Shown: positions 16,842 through 29,100 of the stretch, piece by piece
How positions within the stretch are numbered: the stretch's first letter is position 1
Layout: the number at the start of each line of letters is the position of its first letter
IMG/VR virus record: IMGVR_UViG_3300045988_109877
Span: 1-61,784 of that record
Direction: 5' to 3' (one strand)
Origin: a virus
Length of the DNA stretch: 61,784 nt
Made by a program: the position numbers and the translations under genes
Notes under the pieces: generated by a model
What the model saw: the letters and a program-made list of their open reading frames with translations, nothing else
The model's database searches: none
What the model was told of the DNA's origin: nothing

Positions 16842-17360
16842 CTATGTGTTGCCAAAAAACGGTGTCACCCTCCCTATGCGGTTGTGGCTGTCAGCCGCCT
16901 TGACAGCGTCAGCCAACGCAGTGTCACGCTTGGCGGCGTAGTAGTCAAGTCTGTCACTGCCGATAAGAGCAAGCCATCCACACACAATTGCCAACACGAT
17001 GTAGTCATGGGAGAGCACCTTGATGAGTGCCACTTGTGATGACGAGGTGTCACCATCCATCTGCATTGCCAATGTGTACACATCCGGGGTGTGCGCTACG
17101 TCATCCGTGGTGATGTCGCCACCGATGGGTGTAGCCGTGTAGCCGTGCAGGTGCTCCGCCAGCACGGCAAAAGCCGTGTCTGCAAATCGGATAGTCCTCC
17201 GTGCATTTTCGCCCTCGCAGATGTCGTTGTATATGTGTCTGACGTGTGCCGTTTCCTCGCTCGGCAGGGTGTCGGCAATCACGCTCAAAATGCTCTGTGC
17301 ATCATACTCTATCTCATTGCGCATAAGCGCAATTGTCACTTGTCGTTGTCCTTTTTTCAT
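16842..17360 (-). CDS. Hypothetical virion-associated protein (172 aa)
   Basis: It is part of a three-gene minus-strand block next to the structural genes. I recognised no motif. Confidence 0.4.
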   Translation of the reverse strand: MKKGQRQVTIALMRNEIEYDAQSILSVIADTLPSEETAHVRHIYNDICEGENARRTIRFADTAFAVLAEHLHGYTATPIGGDITTDDVAHTPDVYTLAMQMDGDTSSSQVALIKVLSHDYIVLAIVCGWLALIGSDRLDYYAAKRDTALADAVKAADSHNRIGRVTPFFGNT

Positions 17361-17824
17361 TTTTTACCTGTTTTTTCCGTGTATTTGACTCTTTTTCTTG
17401 TGTTTAAGTCGATGACAATCGCTTCGGCAAGGGTAGTCCCTTGCTCCTCGTAAAATTTCGCACTCTCGGGCGCCAAACGCCCAAGATAGTCAGCCAATAT
17501 GCTTGCAATGACGTATGCCATTGCGTTCGCTCTGATGTTTCTCTCGCCTTGCGGCGCAAGATTGTCGGGGAGAGCAAGGGTGATGATGGAGCCGTCATCG
17601 CTGTCGGTGACACTCTCCACCCACTCTCCACAGATGGTGACGAGTGATGTCACAGCGGTGTCGTACATCGTTGTCAAAAACTGTGCGTCATCGTCAGTGG
17701 CGAACACCTTGTCGTAGGTGCTTGGATCATCTGCCCCGACACTCCTGCCGCCGACATAGACTGTCTCGGCAGACACCATCTGCAAGGCCTTCAGCTTGCT
17801 TAATTGGATTTCAAATCGTTTCAT
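17357..17824 (-). CDS. Hypothetical protein, possibly a head-tail connector/adaptor (155 aa)
   Basis: The call rests on size and position only. The ORF overlaps its neighbour by 4 nt. Confidence 0.35.
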   Translation of the reverse strand: MKRFEIQLSKLKALQMVSAETVYVGGRSVGADDPSTYDKVFATDDDAQFLTTMYDTAVTSLVTICGEWVESVTDSDDGSIITLALPDNLAPQGERNIRANAMAYVIASILADYLGRLAPESAKFYEEQGTTLAEAIVIDLNTRKRVKYTEKTGKK

Positions 17825-17827
17825 ATT

Positions 17828-18175
17828 CTATTTCTCGCTTAAAAGTTGGATACTCAGGTTGTTAACCAAGTTCATGATGTTGCTTTTCGCAGTCTCAGGC
17901 TCCGCCGATGCTCGTGCGTCAAGGGCGAGTTTGAGCAACCGCACGTATAAGTTGCACAAGTCTCTGTCATCCAAGTTGGTAATTGCACGCTCAAAGTTTT
18001 GTTTTTGCGCCCAAACAATGCTCGCCACAAAGTTGCCGATGTCGCCACCATTGGCAAAGGTCTCAGCCTTGCGCTGTAGCTTTGCCTCCTCACGTTTGCT
18101 GAGTACAGGCGCTTTGCTTGCGTCGATTGCCGCAAGACGCTCCCTCCATGCTCTCTCTCTCCGTTGTTTATCCAT
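17828..18175 (-). CDS. Hypothetical helical protein (115 aa)
   Basis: It is the first gene of the block and is served by the -7 box at 18199-18206. Confidence 0.4.
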   Translation of the reverse strand: MDKQRRERAWRERLAAIDASKAPVLSKREEAKLQRKAETFANGGDIGNFVASIVWAQKQNFERAITNLDDRDLCNLYVRLLKLALDARASAEPETAKSNIMNLVNNLSIQLLSEK

Positions 18176-18198
18176 AGTTAATTTTTATTGATTATGTC

Positions 18199-18220
18199 CA
18201 AAGGTAAGTGCTTAATTTTG
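18199..18220. promoter_or_regulatory. Divergent pair of Bacteroidetes -7 boxes
   Basis: CAAAGGTA (18199-18206) is TACCTTTG on the minus strand. TAATTTTG (18213-18220) is on the plus strand, 28 nt upstream of the ATG at 18248. Confidence 0.5.
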
Positions 18221-18247
18221 AGATGTTAAGATAAAAAATAATTAACT

Positions 18248-18772
18248 ATGATAGGTAGCATTATAGGAGGAGCGATGAAGCTCGGTGGGAGCATCTTCGG
18301 CGGCATCAAGGCGCGCCGGGAGGCAAAAAAACAGCAAAAAATGCTTGATGCGCAAAAGGCTGAAAATCAAGCGTGGTATAATAGGCGGTACAATGAGGAT
18401 GGCACTCAACGTGCAGACGCCCAACGTTTGTTGACCAACACGCAAGACCTGCTCAGGCGGCAGACAAAGGCGGCACAGGGAGCGAATGCGGTGACGGGCG
18501 CAAGCACGGAGGCGGTGGCGGCGCAGAAGGCGGCAAACAACCAAGCACTTGCCGAAGCGACAAGCACCATTGCCGCTGCATCTGATGCTCGCAAAGACAA
18601 TATCGAGCAGCAGTACCAAACCAACAACAACGTTTTGGCGGACAAGCAAATGCAAATCAGCCGACAGAAACAAAACGCTATCACGCAGGCAGTGCAGGGC
18701 GTGGCAGGTACAGCAGACAGTATAGGCGGCATCAATGACAGATTTGATAAGGACACCGAAAAGACTAAGTAA
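18248..18772 (+). CDS. Gly-zipper / Q-rich putative internal (ejected) virion protein
   Basis: The N-terminus MIGSIIGGAMKLGGSIFGGI is followed by a Q/A/N-rich helical region. The gene lies upstream of the giant polyvalent gene. Confidence 0.4.
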   Translation: MIGSIIGGAMKLGGSIFGGIKARREAKKQQKMLDAQKAENQAWYNRRYNEDGTQRADAQRLLTNTQDLLRRQTKAAQGANAVTGASTEAVAAQKAANNQALAEATSTIAAASDARKDNIEQQYQTNNNVLADKQMQISRQKQNAITQAVQGVAGTADSIGGINDRFDKDTEKTK

Positions 18773-18774
18773 TA

Positions 18775-20168
18775 TGGATAAGAAAAAAGAAATCGTAGGG
18801 AGTAGCGATACCCCCGTGGTCACCGACAAAAAAGTGACTACTACACCACCGACAACGTCAATTGGTGCAACTGCTCCATCGCAGAGCGAGGACGAGTACA
18901 ACGAGCAGCCGCCGACACCGCAAGCACCTCCTACTACGCCTGCCCCGGCTGTCACGACAACGTCACCAATACAGACACCGCAGTACGATGACACCGACAG
19001 GCGCAATCAAGCGAACTTGGCTGCTCAGCCGACAGACAACGAAACTATGATATTGCAGTTTGACGAGAATAACAAGCCTACCCTTGTCAAAACGGATGTG
19101 GCAACACCGAAAATAACCCCAAAAACGACCGATACGGCTCCGTCAACCACCACACCGGCAACAGAAGGTGAGGAGTACCACACATACAGAGACATCCTCG
19201 CCAAGCTCGCCCCCCAAACGAGTGACGAGGACAAGCGCAAACAGATGCGCAGGGAGAGACGCAAGGCTATCGTCAGCGCACTCGGTGATGGTCTCTCCGC
19301 ATTGTCCAACCTCTATTTTACGACAAAGGGAGCCCCCGACCAAGGACTCAAGCCTGGGTTGACCGAGTCCGCAAAAAAGCGGATGGATGATCTACGTGCG
19401 CAATGGCAAAAGGAAAAGGACAAATATCAAGATCTTATGCTGAAAGGTCTTGAGATGGATAGAGAGCAGGGCAATTGGCTGAAAACATACGAGATGCAGA
19501 AAAACGCCGATAAGCGTGCCGAGGAAAAATTTGCCAAAGAAATGCCGATGCTTGAGAAGGAGATGGCAATGCTTGACGAGAAGATACGTAAACTGAAGGA
19601 TGATAACGACTTAGACGAGAAAACGAAGGCTGACCGCATCGCAGTTGCGCAGGCAGAATTAGAAGCGAAAAAACGTGATTACGATTATCGCAAGACGCAC
19701 CACGGTTTTTCGGAAAAAGAAGACATTGAACGGAAAGACAAGGAGCGGCGTCACAGAGAGAGCCTTGCGGCAAGCAGGGCAGGTGGCGGCGGCAAAAGTG
19801 GCAAAACATATCGCATATACAATTACAATAGTACCGCATATTCAGACTTGACACCGAATGAGGTCAATAGGCTGTATGCCGCCTTGTATTCAGACGGCAA
19901 GGTCGGTAAATACTCTTCCCTTAACGACAAGGTGGCGGCAATCCAACGCTATCACTCGCTCAATAATGACACCTATGAGGTGGAGGTTCCAGTGTATTAT
20001 GAAGATAAAGATGGCAAAAAAAAGATACGTAAATACATAAAAGGGACACGTAGGTACAAAAACCGCAAGGACGATGCCGCCAATGGCGGTAGATATGACA
20101 AGATGTCGACGTGGACAACCTTCAACGGAGGCAATAAAAGTAATGGTACTATTAAAATAAACTATTAA
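18775..20168 (+). CDS. Low-complexity P/T-rich then K/E/R-rich virion-associated protein
   Basis: I chose the ATG at 18775 (MDKKKEIVGS), just after the upstream stop. The protein has a TTPPTTS...PPTPQAPPTTPAP tract followed by a charged coiled-coil-like half. Confidence 0.45.
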
Positions 20169-20170
20169 GG

Positions 20171-23100
20171 ATGTCAGACAGAATAAAGACGCTATACGGC
20201 CAATTAGTCAGAAATGGCTATGACTTAGGAGGATATGAGAAATTCAATGCGGCGATGCACGATAGCAACCGCAGACGCAGTCTGTATAATCAGCTTGTTG
20301 CGAACAGGGCAGACTTGGGTGGATATGAGAAATTCAGCAGCGTTGTTGAGACTGCACCACGCACCACCCCGAGCGCACCGCAGAAAAAGCGTGATGTAGT
20401 GGCGGACACCATCAATATGCTCCGCACTCCATCATCGCAGTACACGCGACCGCAACAGACACAACAGACTGCTCCGAAGAAAAAGTGGAGCAACGAAGTG
20501 GATGTGTACTCGTCAATGCCTGATGTGGTAAAGCAATATGCGCCTACACCGACACCGCTGAAGACAGACTCATCGGTGTCAATGCGTTCAGCCGCAACAT
20601 CAACGTGGAATGCCGCTGACAGAGCGACTCGTGAAGAATACGACAGACTGCATCCGAAGAAGGAGGAGTCTTTCTGGGAGAGAGCTGCCCGTCTGATGAC
20701 AGACGCAGAGATGGGGATGGGCAACGAGAATATGGAAAAGGCGACCGATATGCTTGCATCGCACTACAAGACTCACGATTTGCAGAAATTGTCCGACCAA
20801 GCGTGGAACGCACTTGGGGCAACGCAACAGAAAAACATCACAGACGAGGCTTATGATGAGCTGAAGCGACAATATCCGCAAGCGACAGAAAAGGAGCTGA
20901 GAGAAGCAGCGGCTAAGGTAGCGAGAGCCAAGAGCGACGAGACGATGTACAACCTTGCTGTGCAGAAGAATATGCCTGACAATGCCATCTCGTTCTTTGC
21001 GCGGAAGATGGCTGAGGGCAACTCTGTCGCAAGTCTGTTCACTGGACTCGCTCGACAAAAGGCAGGTACTGTCGGAGACTTGGCGGCTGAGACCGAAGCA
21101 AATGAGCGGTATGGCAAAAAGCACAAGGTGGCAGGTATCGCCGGTTCTGTAGTCGGTATGGCATCAGACCCACTGACGTATGCGGCTGGCGGTGTAGGCG
21201 GAGCGGCAACCAAAGGAGCGTTGTGGGCAGGAGGCAAGGTCTTGTCAGAGGCGGCAGCACGCAAGATGTCGCAGACACTCGGAGGCAAACTGCTCCTCGG
21301 TGCGGTAGGCGGAGCGGCTAACTTCGGCACGTTCGAGGCAGGCGGAGAGGCTTTCAACCAATACAAGTGGGGCGGTACTCTCGATGTAGACCCTGAGACA
21401 GGCAGATATGTCGTAGGCGATTTCTCGCTCGGCAAGGTGGCATCACAGATGGGACACGGACTCACGATGGGTGGACTTACGGGTGCATTCGGTACGTGGC
21501 TCGGCAATGTCAGCACCAAAGCGGCACAAGCCACGACAAGCACCTTAGGCAAACTTGGGGTGCGTGCAGGTGAGCTTGGAGTAGGGCTTGTCGGAGAGGG
21601 TACTATATTCGCCACGCCAGAGTTCATCACCACGTATGGCGATTACAACGACATCATCAAGTCTGTCTCCGATAAAAATTCCCCCAACTATATTGCCGAC
21701 GACAAAGAGCGGAGCAAGTATATTGCAGAGCTAAAGGCGCAGAGAGGAGAGCGGATGATGGATATATGGCAAGACAACCTTGCTATGATTGCAGGCTTCA
21801 AGGCACAGCACGCAATCAAGTCAGCAGGACGCACCATCTCCGAGCTGGCGGCATCACGCAGAGGCAAGGTCGGATTTGTGGAGCGCATGGGCAGGATGCT
21901 TGACGGGCATCCAAGCCTCGCCCTGAGCAAGGAGGAGCAGGCAGAGTTGGACAAGCACGGCTATGGAGACTTGACACAGATGGTCAAGGAGTACAAGGTG
22001 TATGCTCAAAAGGACGGAGACTTGCCGTACAACAAAATCACGCAGTTGCTCAACGACAAAAACGTAAGCGAGGCGGCAAGGGCAAAGATGTACTACTATG
22101 TCACAGGGCACTCCTTGCCAATGTCGGCAGTGATTGCGTCCAACGTCATTGACAATGGCGATAAGACATACACCGTGCAGTCGTTGGGCGACAATGGTGT
22201 AATCACAAGCAGGACTTACGGGAGCCGCAAGAGAGCGGACTATGAAAAGGCTCGCATCGATAGGCAAGCAGAGCTCAACGGAGTGGCGATGGCAGAGCAG
22301 ATGTTTGACAATATGGACAAAGCCGAGCGGCTAAAGGCTGTCTGCACAAGGCTCGCCCAAGACAAGGGAGTGTCGCCGGAGACACTGCTATGGCTGACAC
22401 ACAAAGACCCAAAGCAGATGACCGCCGCAGAAAAGCGGTGGATAAAAGAGATAGAGGCTGCCGCCAACGAGGATGCTCCGCAGGGCGAGAACGCCACAGT
22501 GAGACACATCAAGGGCGTCATTCTTGACGAGTATGGTGTTGATGTAGACAAGGCATTGCGCAAGGCGGCGGACAGCCGCACCGATGCGGAGAAAACAGCC
22601 ATATCGGCTTACAACAACGAATTGGTGCAGGCGGTCGCAGAGCGCAAAAATGCCATTAGCCAAGGCGAGACGACTGACGCATACAGACGTGGTTACGAGG
22701 CAGACACGCAAGGGATGCGTGATGCCTACGTGGCGCAGATGTATGAGCCGAGCGAGGATAATGCCGAGACACTTAGAGGGGTGGAGTCGCAAATCACGGA
22801 GAGTGCCAAATATCAAGCGGCATTGGAGAGAGACGAGCTAAAGCAGATGACACATAAGGACGGCTCCATACATCTTGCCACGCTTAAAGATAAAGACAAG
22901 GACGGCAATGGCAAGCAAGTGTACATAGTAGACGGCGACATTGTGATGAAGGAAGACGGGAGCGGCATTGACGCAGACGCAAGCAGTAAGAGCGTCATCA
23001 TATACGACCCGGCTACTGGAGAGAAAAAGATGGTGTCACCGACTGCGGTTGACGGCATAGAGTCGCTTGGCGAGGTCAAGACGGCAGAGCAGAGAGAGGC

Positions 23101-26100
23101 GGAGATAAACGCACATATGCAGGACACCATCCAGCGAAGCAAGGATTGGTTGGAGGGCAACGTAGCCAACCCTGTCGGTATGCAGATACAATTGGGTGAC
23201 GGACGTATCGCCACCATAGAGGCGATGCACGAAGACGGTAAGTCAGCCATAGCGACACTCCCTGACGGCACTCAGTTTTTGGTGCCGAATGACGTGTTGC
23301 AGAGAATCGTCAACAACGGGCAGTATGCGGATTACAAAGCGAGGAGAGATGCCGAGGCAAGCAAACGAGAGGCAGAGCAAGGCACCGAGAGCGCACCGGA
23401 GACAGCCACGGAAGGCGGACAGCCATTGCCGGAGGAGGCTTCCCCTAAAGAGGAGGAGCGCAGAGAGTATGCGCAAGGAGACGTGTTTGATGTCGTGGTG
23501 GACGGCAATAAGATGCACGCAGAGATAGTGTCACCAAAGGACGCAGACGGAAGGTTCGTTGTCAATGTGGATGATGGCGAGTCTATGCGCACTCTGTATG
23601 TCACCCCGGAGGAGTTGGCTGCGATGGAATACAGAGAGGAGCCATCGCCAAAGGCGGAAGAAACAAGGCTTGCCACCGAGGATTCCTCGGATAAGGCATT
23701 GGAGAGAGGAGAGACGCCGGAAGAATTGTTGCAGTCAATCAAGGAAAACGAGGCGGCAGTGGCGGAAGCACAGAGGACGGTCGATGCTTGGAAAGCCATC
23801 GTAGGAGAGAAGTCACGCAGAGAGGAAGCCGCCAAAGCGGAAGCGGAGCGCATAGCGACCGAGAAGGCGGAGGCGGAAAGGAAAGCCGCTGAGGAGCGTG
23901 AACGTGCCGAGGCGGAGGAAGAAGCTCGTGTTGAGGCAGAGAAGAAAGAGGCAGAGAGGATTGCCGCAGAAAAGGCTGAGGAGGAAGCTCGTGTTGAAGC
24001 CGAAAGGAAGGCAGAGGAGGAGCGCATTGCTAAGCAGAAGACTGAGGAGAAGGTTGACAGTCCGAAGATTGACAAGCAGGGGAATCCAATTGACGCTGAA
24101 GGCAGACTGATAACTGAGAAAGTTGAAGACATCAGCGATTTGTCTGACGATGATTTCAACAATCCGAAACGTTCTGTTGAATTGCCTAAGATACCGAAGA
24201 ATATAGATAACGCTCTCGGTGCGAACGGCAAGCCTGTTATTATCAAGAAGAATATATTCGAACGGAACAAGAACGCTCATTCAGACTTAACGGCAGAGCA
24301 GAGCCGAGAAATACTTAAAACAGCGCTGTACTCGGCTGATTTGTATGCTAAGAACCAAAAATCCAAGCGCCCATTCAATTGGGTAATTATCAAAACAAAA
24401 GACCACGATGGTAAAAACAAACTTGTCCTCTTGGAAGTTAACGACAACAAGGACAATGTGGAAATTGTGCATTGGCACTATCTTGATGACCGAGGCCTTG
24501 AAAAAATAAAAAAGCAAGCCGAACGTGAGGGCGGGCAACTCCTCATACTGCCTTCTGAAAAAGAAGAGGCTGGTGCCCTTTCCAGCCGTACATCCGACTT
24601 GCCTGCTGACAAAGGTAGTGAAAAGGCGGAGAAGAAGCAAGAAAAGCAGAGCGTTTTTGACAAGGCTAAGGAGATTGCCGACAAGGAGGAGAAGAAACGC
24701 AAGGCTGAGGCTGAGGATGACAAGCCAAAAGAACAGTCGCTGACTGAGGCGGAGCGCAAGGACGCCGAGGAGGTTGCAGGTGCGTTGGGCTATCGTGTGG
24801 AATGGGTGGACACGATGGCGGAGAACGGAACGATAGACGCGGACAAGAAAGTGATCCGTATCGCAAAGGATGCCGAGAACCCGTTGGTGCAGGTGCTGGG
24901 ACACGAGGTGGCGCACGGAGTGAAGCGGATGGACGGTGGCAAGTTCAAGGCTTTGCAGAAGGCGGCTATGGAAGTCGTCGGCGAGAAGGAATGGAATGAA
25001 CGCATCGAGAAGAAGCGCAATTTGAATGCTTATGCCGAGGGGAAACTCGCCGAGGAGGTGACGTGCGACATCGTTGGAGAGGCGTTGAACGACAAGGATG
25101 CGTTGAAGCGTCTTGCCGAGTCGCTGAGAGGAGAGAGGGGCATCCTTGCCCGTCTGCGTGACGCAGTGGTGAGGATGGTCGAGTATTTCAAGAACAGAGG
25201 CGACAAGGAAGGTGTGCGCAGGATGAAGGCCGCCGACAGACTTCTCGCAGAGTTTGAGAGTGCGTTGAAGGAGGGCGTTGCACCAGAGCAAGTCAAGCCT
25301 GAAGGTGTAGACCGCAGTGTAAGGGAGAGCCGAAGCGAGAAGACGGAGTTGACAGCGGAGGAGCGGGAACTGAGGGACAACCTTGTGGAGCGTATGCGCA
25401 AGGGTGGACTTGACGTGGTGACTGATTCGGAAGAGATGCAGAGAGTCATAGACACCGAGAACGAGCGGACAAGGATGATGGGTGCCGGTTCAGTCCGTGA
25501 GCATCGTGTGTACCACGGCAGCGGAGCGGACTTCGATGCTTTCGACCACTCGCACATGGGCGAGGGTGAAGGTGCGCAGGCTTACGGTTGGGGCACTTAT
25601 GTGACCGAGGTGGAAGGTATCGGCAGGACGTATGCTATTCAGAATACAACGAAGCACAACGATGCTTTACGTGCATTGCAACACGATGTAGATGCTATAT
25701 CTGACCAACTTAACAGACACCGGGATGATTTGAAGTATGACGAAGAACAGCTAAAACGTGCTAACGAATGGAGAGCCGAGGCTGAACTTGACTATGAATT
25801 GTTCAGAGATGAAGCTGAGAAATTAAAGGAAAAATATGGGGAGGCTTCTCCTAAATACCGAAATCATCTGTTTAATGACATCTATACAGATGAAATGAAA
25901 CGTGCTCAAAGTTCAGTTAAGAGCACAGAAAAGTCAATCCAGTATCGCAAGGAGAAAATAGCAGAGTTGGAAAAGGCATTAAAGGATAAGCAAGCGGAGA
26001 TTGATGAACTGCCGAAGGAGTTTCCACGCCACCTTTACACCGTAGAAATCCCCGATGACAACGGCAGCAACTATCTGGATTGGAATGGACACCCTGCTGA

Positions 26101-29100
26101 ATCTTTACTGAAAGATGTAGGTTCGTTTTTGGAGAGTGAAGGCTTTGAGAGGGTACAGGATGATAACCCTGCCAGATATGAGAAAGGCGAAAGCACCGTT
26201 GTTTTGAACCCCAATGCGACTGGAGCTGATTTGTATGCGGAATTGCGTGAGGCTCTTGGCAGTGACAAGAAAGCGTCACAAGCATTGGCTGAGTTAGGCT
26301 GTATTGGTATCAAATATCCTGCTGACAATATGCGAGGTGGCCGTGAGGATGGCGCAAAGAACTACGTTATCTTCAACGAGAATGATACGAAGATAACCGC
26401 CCATACACGCTTTCTGCGGACAGCAGGCGGAGAGGTGTACGGCTTGGTGAAGGACGGACGCATATACCTTGACCCAAAGGTGGCTACAGCGGAGACTGCG
26501 GTACACGAATACACGCATCTGTGGGGCGATATGCTGAGACGCAAAGACCCAGAGCAATGGAGCCACACGGTGAAGGAACTGAAGAACAGCGTTCTTTGGG
26601 AGGAAGTGAAAGAGTCGTATCCGGAGCTGAAGACCGATGACGAGATAGCGGACGAAGTGTTGTCGACGTTCAGCGGACGCAGAGGAGCGGAACGCTTGCG
26701 CGAGGAGGCACGTAGGGTTGCCGATGGCGAGGGCGGAGTGTTCACCAAGGCGAAGGCTATCGAGACGTTGGAGCGAGTGAAGGAAGCCATAGCGCGGTTC
26801 TGGGAAGGCGTGGCGAGGATGTTCGGCATCAACCGCTACCGCAGTGCCGAGGAGTTGGCTGATATGGCTATGAGGGACTTGCTTGACTCCAAGAATCCTA
26901 TGAAGGATGAGAGCGGAATGAGAAAGCGAGGAGAGGTTGGCGAGACGCTTGCCACGTCAGGCACATATTTCAGCGGAGGCGGACTGCTTGAAGCAGGTCT
27001 GAAAGGCGTGATAGACCCGAAGGTTGCGGTTGAGTTCAGCGAGAAGATAGCAGGAGTGTATGCCGACAACCACGGCAACCACATTGTTGTGGCAGACGTG
27101 AGGGATGTTGACCCCAAGAAACTTGTGGGCGCGGTTGACGGAGGCGAGGTGCAGTACTTCCACGCATCTCCGGTGTGCAAGAACTTCTCCAAAGCCAAGC
27201 GAGAGGGAGGCGAGGTTGAACTTGACAAGGAGACAGCGTTGTCGACAGCCGAGTTTATAGCGAAGACAAGACCGAAGGTGGTGACCATAGAGAACGTAAA
27301 AGGCTACCGCAACAGCGAGGCGTTGAAAATCATCACTGACGAGCTTACCCGTCAAGGATATGACTGGGATGCCGATGTGTACAACGCGGCAGACTACGGA
27401 GGCTATACGAAAAGAGAACGGCTGATAGTGCGAGCCAAGAGAGACGGCAAACTTCCTCCCAAGCCGGAGAAACTTCCCGAAGAACTGAGGAAGAAGGGAT
27501 GGTATAGCGCGGTGGAAGATTTGATTCCACACCTTGAAGAGAAAAAGACAGGTGTTCCGCAAGGCACTGACGAGCGGTTGAAGAACAGCGGAATAGACTA
27601 CCGCACCATTGACAAGCCTTTGTATGTGTTCGGACGTGGCTATGCCAACAAGACCGTAGGGCACGCTTTTGCCGATGAGCTTCTGCCAACGCTCACCACC
27701 GGAGGCGGAGACATCATAATAATGCCTGACGGCAGGGTGCTTAAAGCGTCACCGAGGGTGCTTGCGAGAGTCACTGGGCTGCCCGACACGTACAAGATGC
27801 CTGAGACAGACCAATTGTCGCACACCATAGTCGGCAACGGCATCCCAACGCAGTTGACCGAAGGTGTCATCGCTCCTTTGCTTGACAATGCCATTCCGTC
27901 TGCCGAGCGAGCCACCAAGCGTGAGAGCGTGTTTGACGTGGCGGATAGAGTGTCGCAGAACCTTGAGGAGCGGACGAGGGCGATGGCTGAACGCATTGCA
28001 GAACAACCTGTTGAAGAAATAAACAATCGGTTTAATGAGGAGCTGGAGAAGTACCAAAACAACGAATTGCCAAAAGGCCATCGCTTTGAATTAGGTATGC
28101 CATCAGCAGAGTTGCAAAGTGCTGGTTTCCCAACGCTCCCAATAAGTATGCGTTCTTCGTTGTTGGCGAAAAAAGCCGGAGCGGAGAGACATCCTTTTGC
28201 CCCCACTGACTTACGAGACTTGGTAAACGCAATACAGAAACCTATAGCTATCTTCAATTACTCTAAAAATAATATGCGCAATCTGATTGTAGATGTATCG
28301 CGCGGAGGAAAGCATTTCTTGGTTGGAGTGACACTCAACTATAAAGCAGACAATATAGAAATAAACAGTGTTTCTGGATTATTTCCTAAAGAGAACCACG
28401 AATGGATAAAATGGATTCAAGATGGAAAAGTATTGCGAATAGACCAAAAAGAAAAGGTTCAAGACCTGATTAACAGTCTACGGACTAATCCCGCTGAGTC
28501 TGAAAGAATCGGTTTGAACCTTGATGATGTGGCAAAGAAAGTGAAAGATTTTGAAAATCCCAAGCTTTTTGATGGAAAAATTTCAGAAGTAGACAAAAAG
28601 GGTTCAGATTCAACCGACCGCTCCGTCAGAGAGAATCCCAAAAACGAGGATAAGCCACGCTTCAGCAGAAAGCCGGGCGAGAGCATCTTCGACTATGCGT
28701 CACGTGTGTCGGAGGACGTGGATAGAAGCGTGAGAGAAAGAGTAAGCGCACGGGACGAGTATGAGAAGAAGGTCAAGAGCAAAGGCTTCCAAACGAAGGA
28801 GGCGTTGCAGAACAGTATGCTCGGACTACAGGAGTTTATGCTTGCAATAGACCACGCATCGGGCAACAAGCGGTACATAGAGGACATTCCCGACTTTGAG
28901 AATCCGATACTCGGAGAGAACCGCCTGTCGTCGGTGAACAAGGAGGAGATGCACCAAGTTGCCAAGACGCAATTCAAGCCGTTGATGTCGGCAGTGGCCA
29001 AACTGAGCGGCAACGGCAAGGAGAGCGGAGAATTGTACGACTATATGTTCGCCAAGCACGGACTTGAACGTGATGCCGTGATGCGGCAGAGAGAGGCTCA

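Noticed and set aside
18242-19006. A minus-strand 254-aa ORF
   Set aside because: It is antisense to two well-supported plus-strand genes. It is Cys/Leu/Val-rich with low-complexity composition and no promoter context.
23332-25291. Long minus-strand ORFs (312 aa and 334 aa) inside the giant gene
   Set aside because: They are mirror-image frames of the E/A/K/R-rich coding strand, with S/A/L/F low-complexity composition. The 11.66-kb plus-strand ORF is clearly the coding frame.
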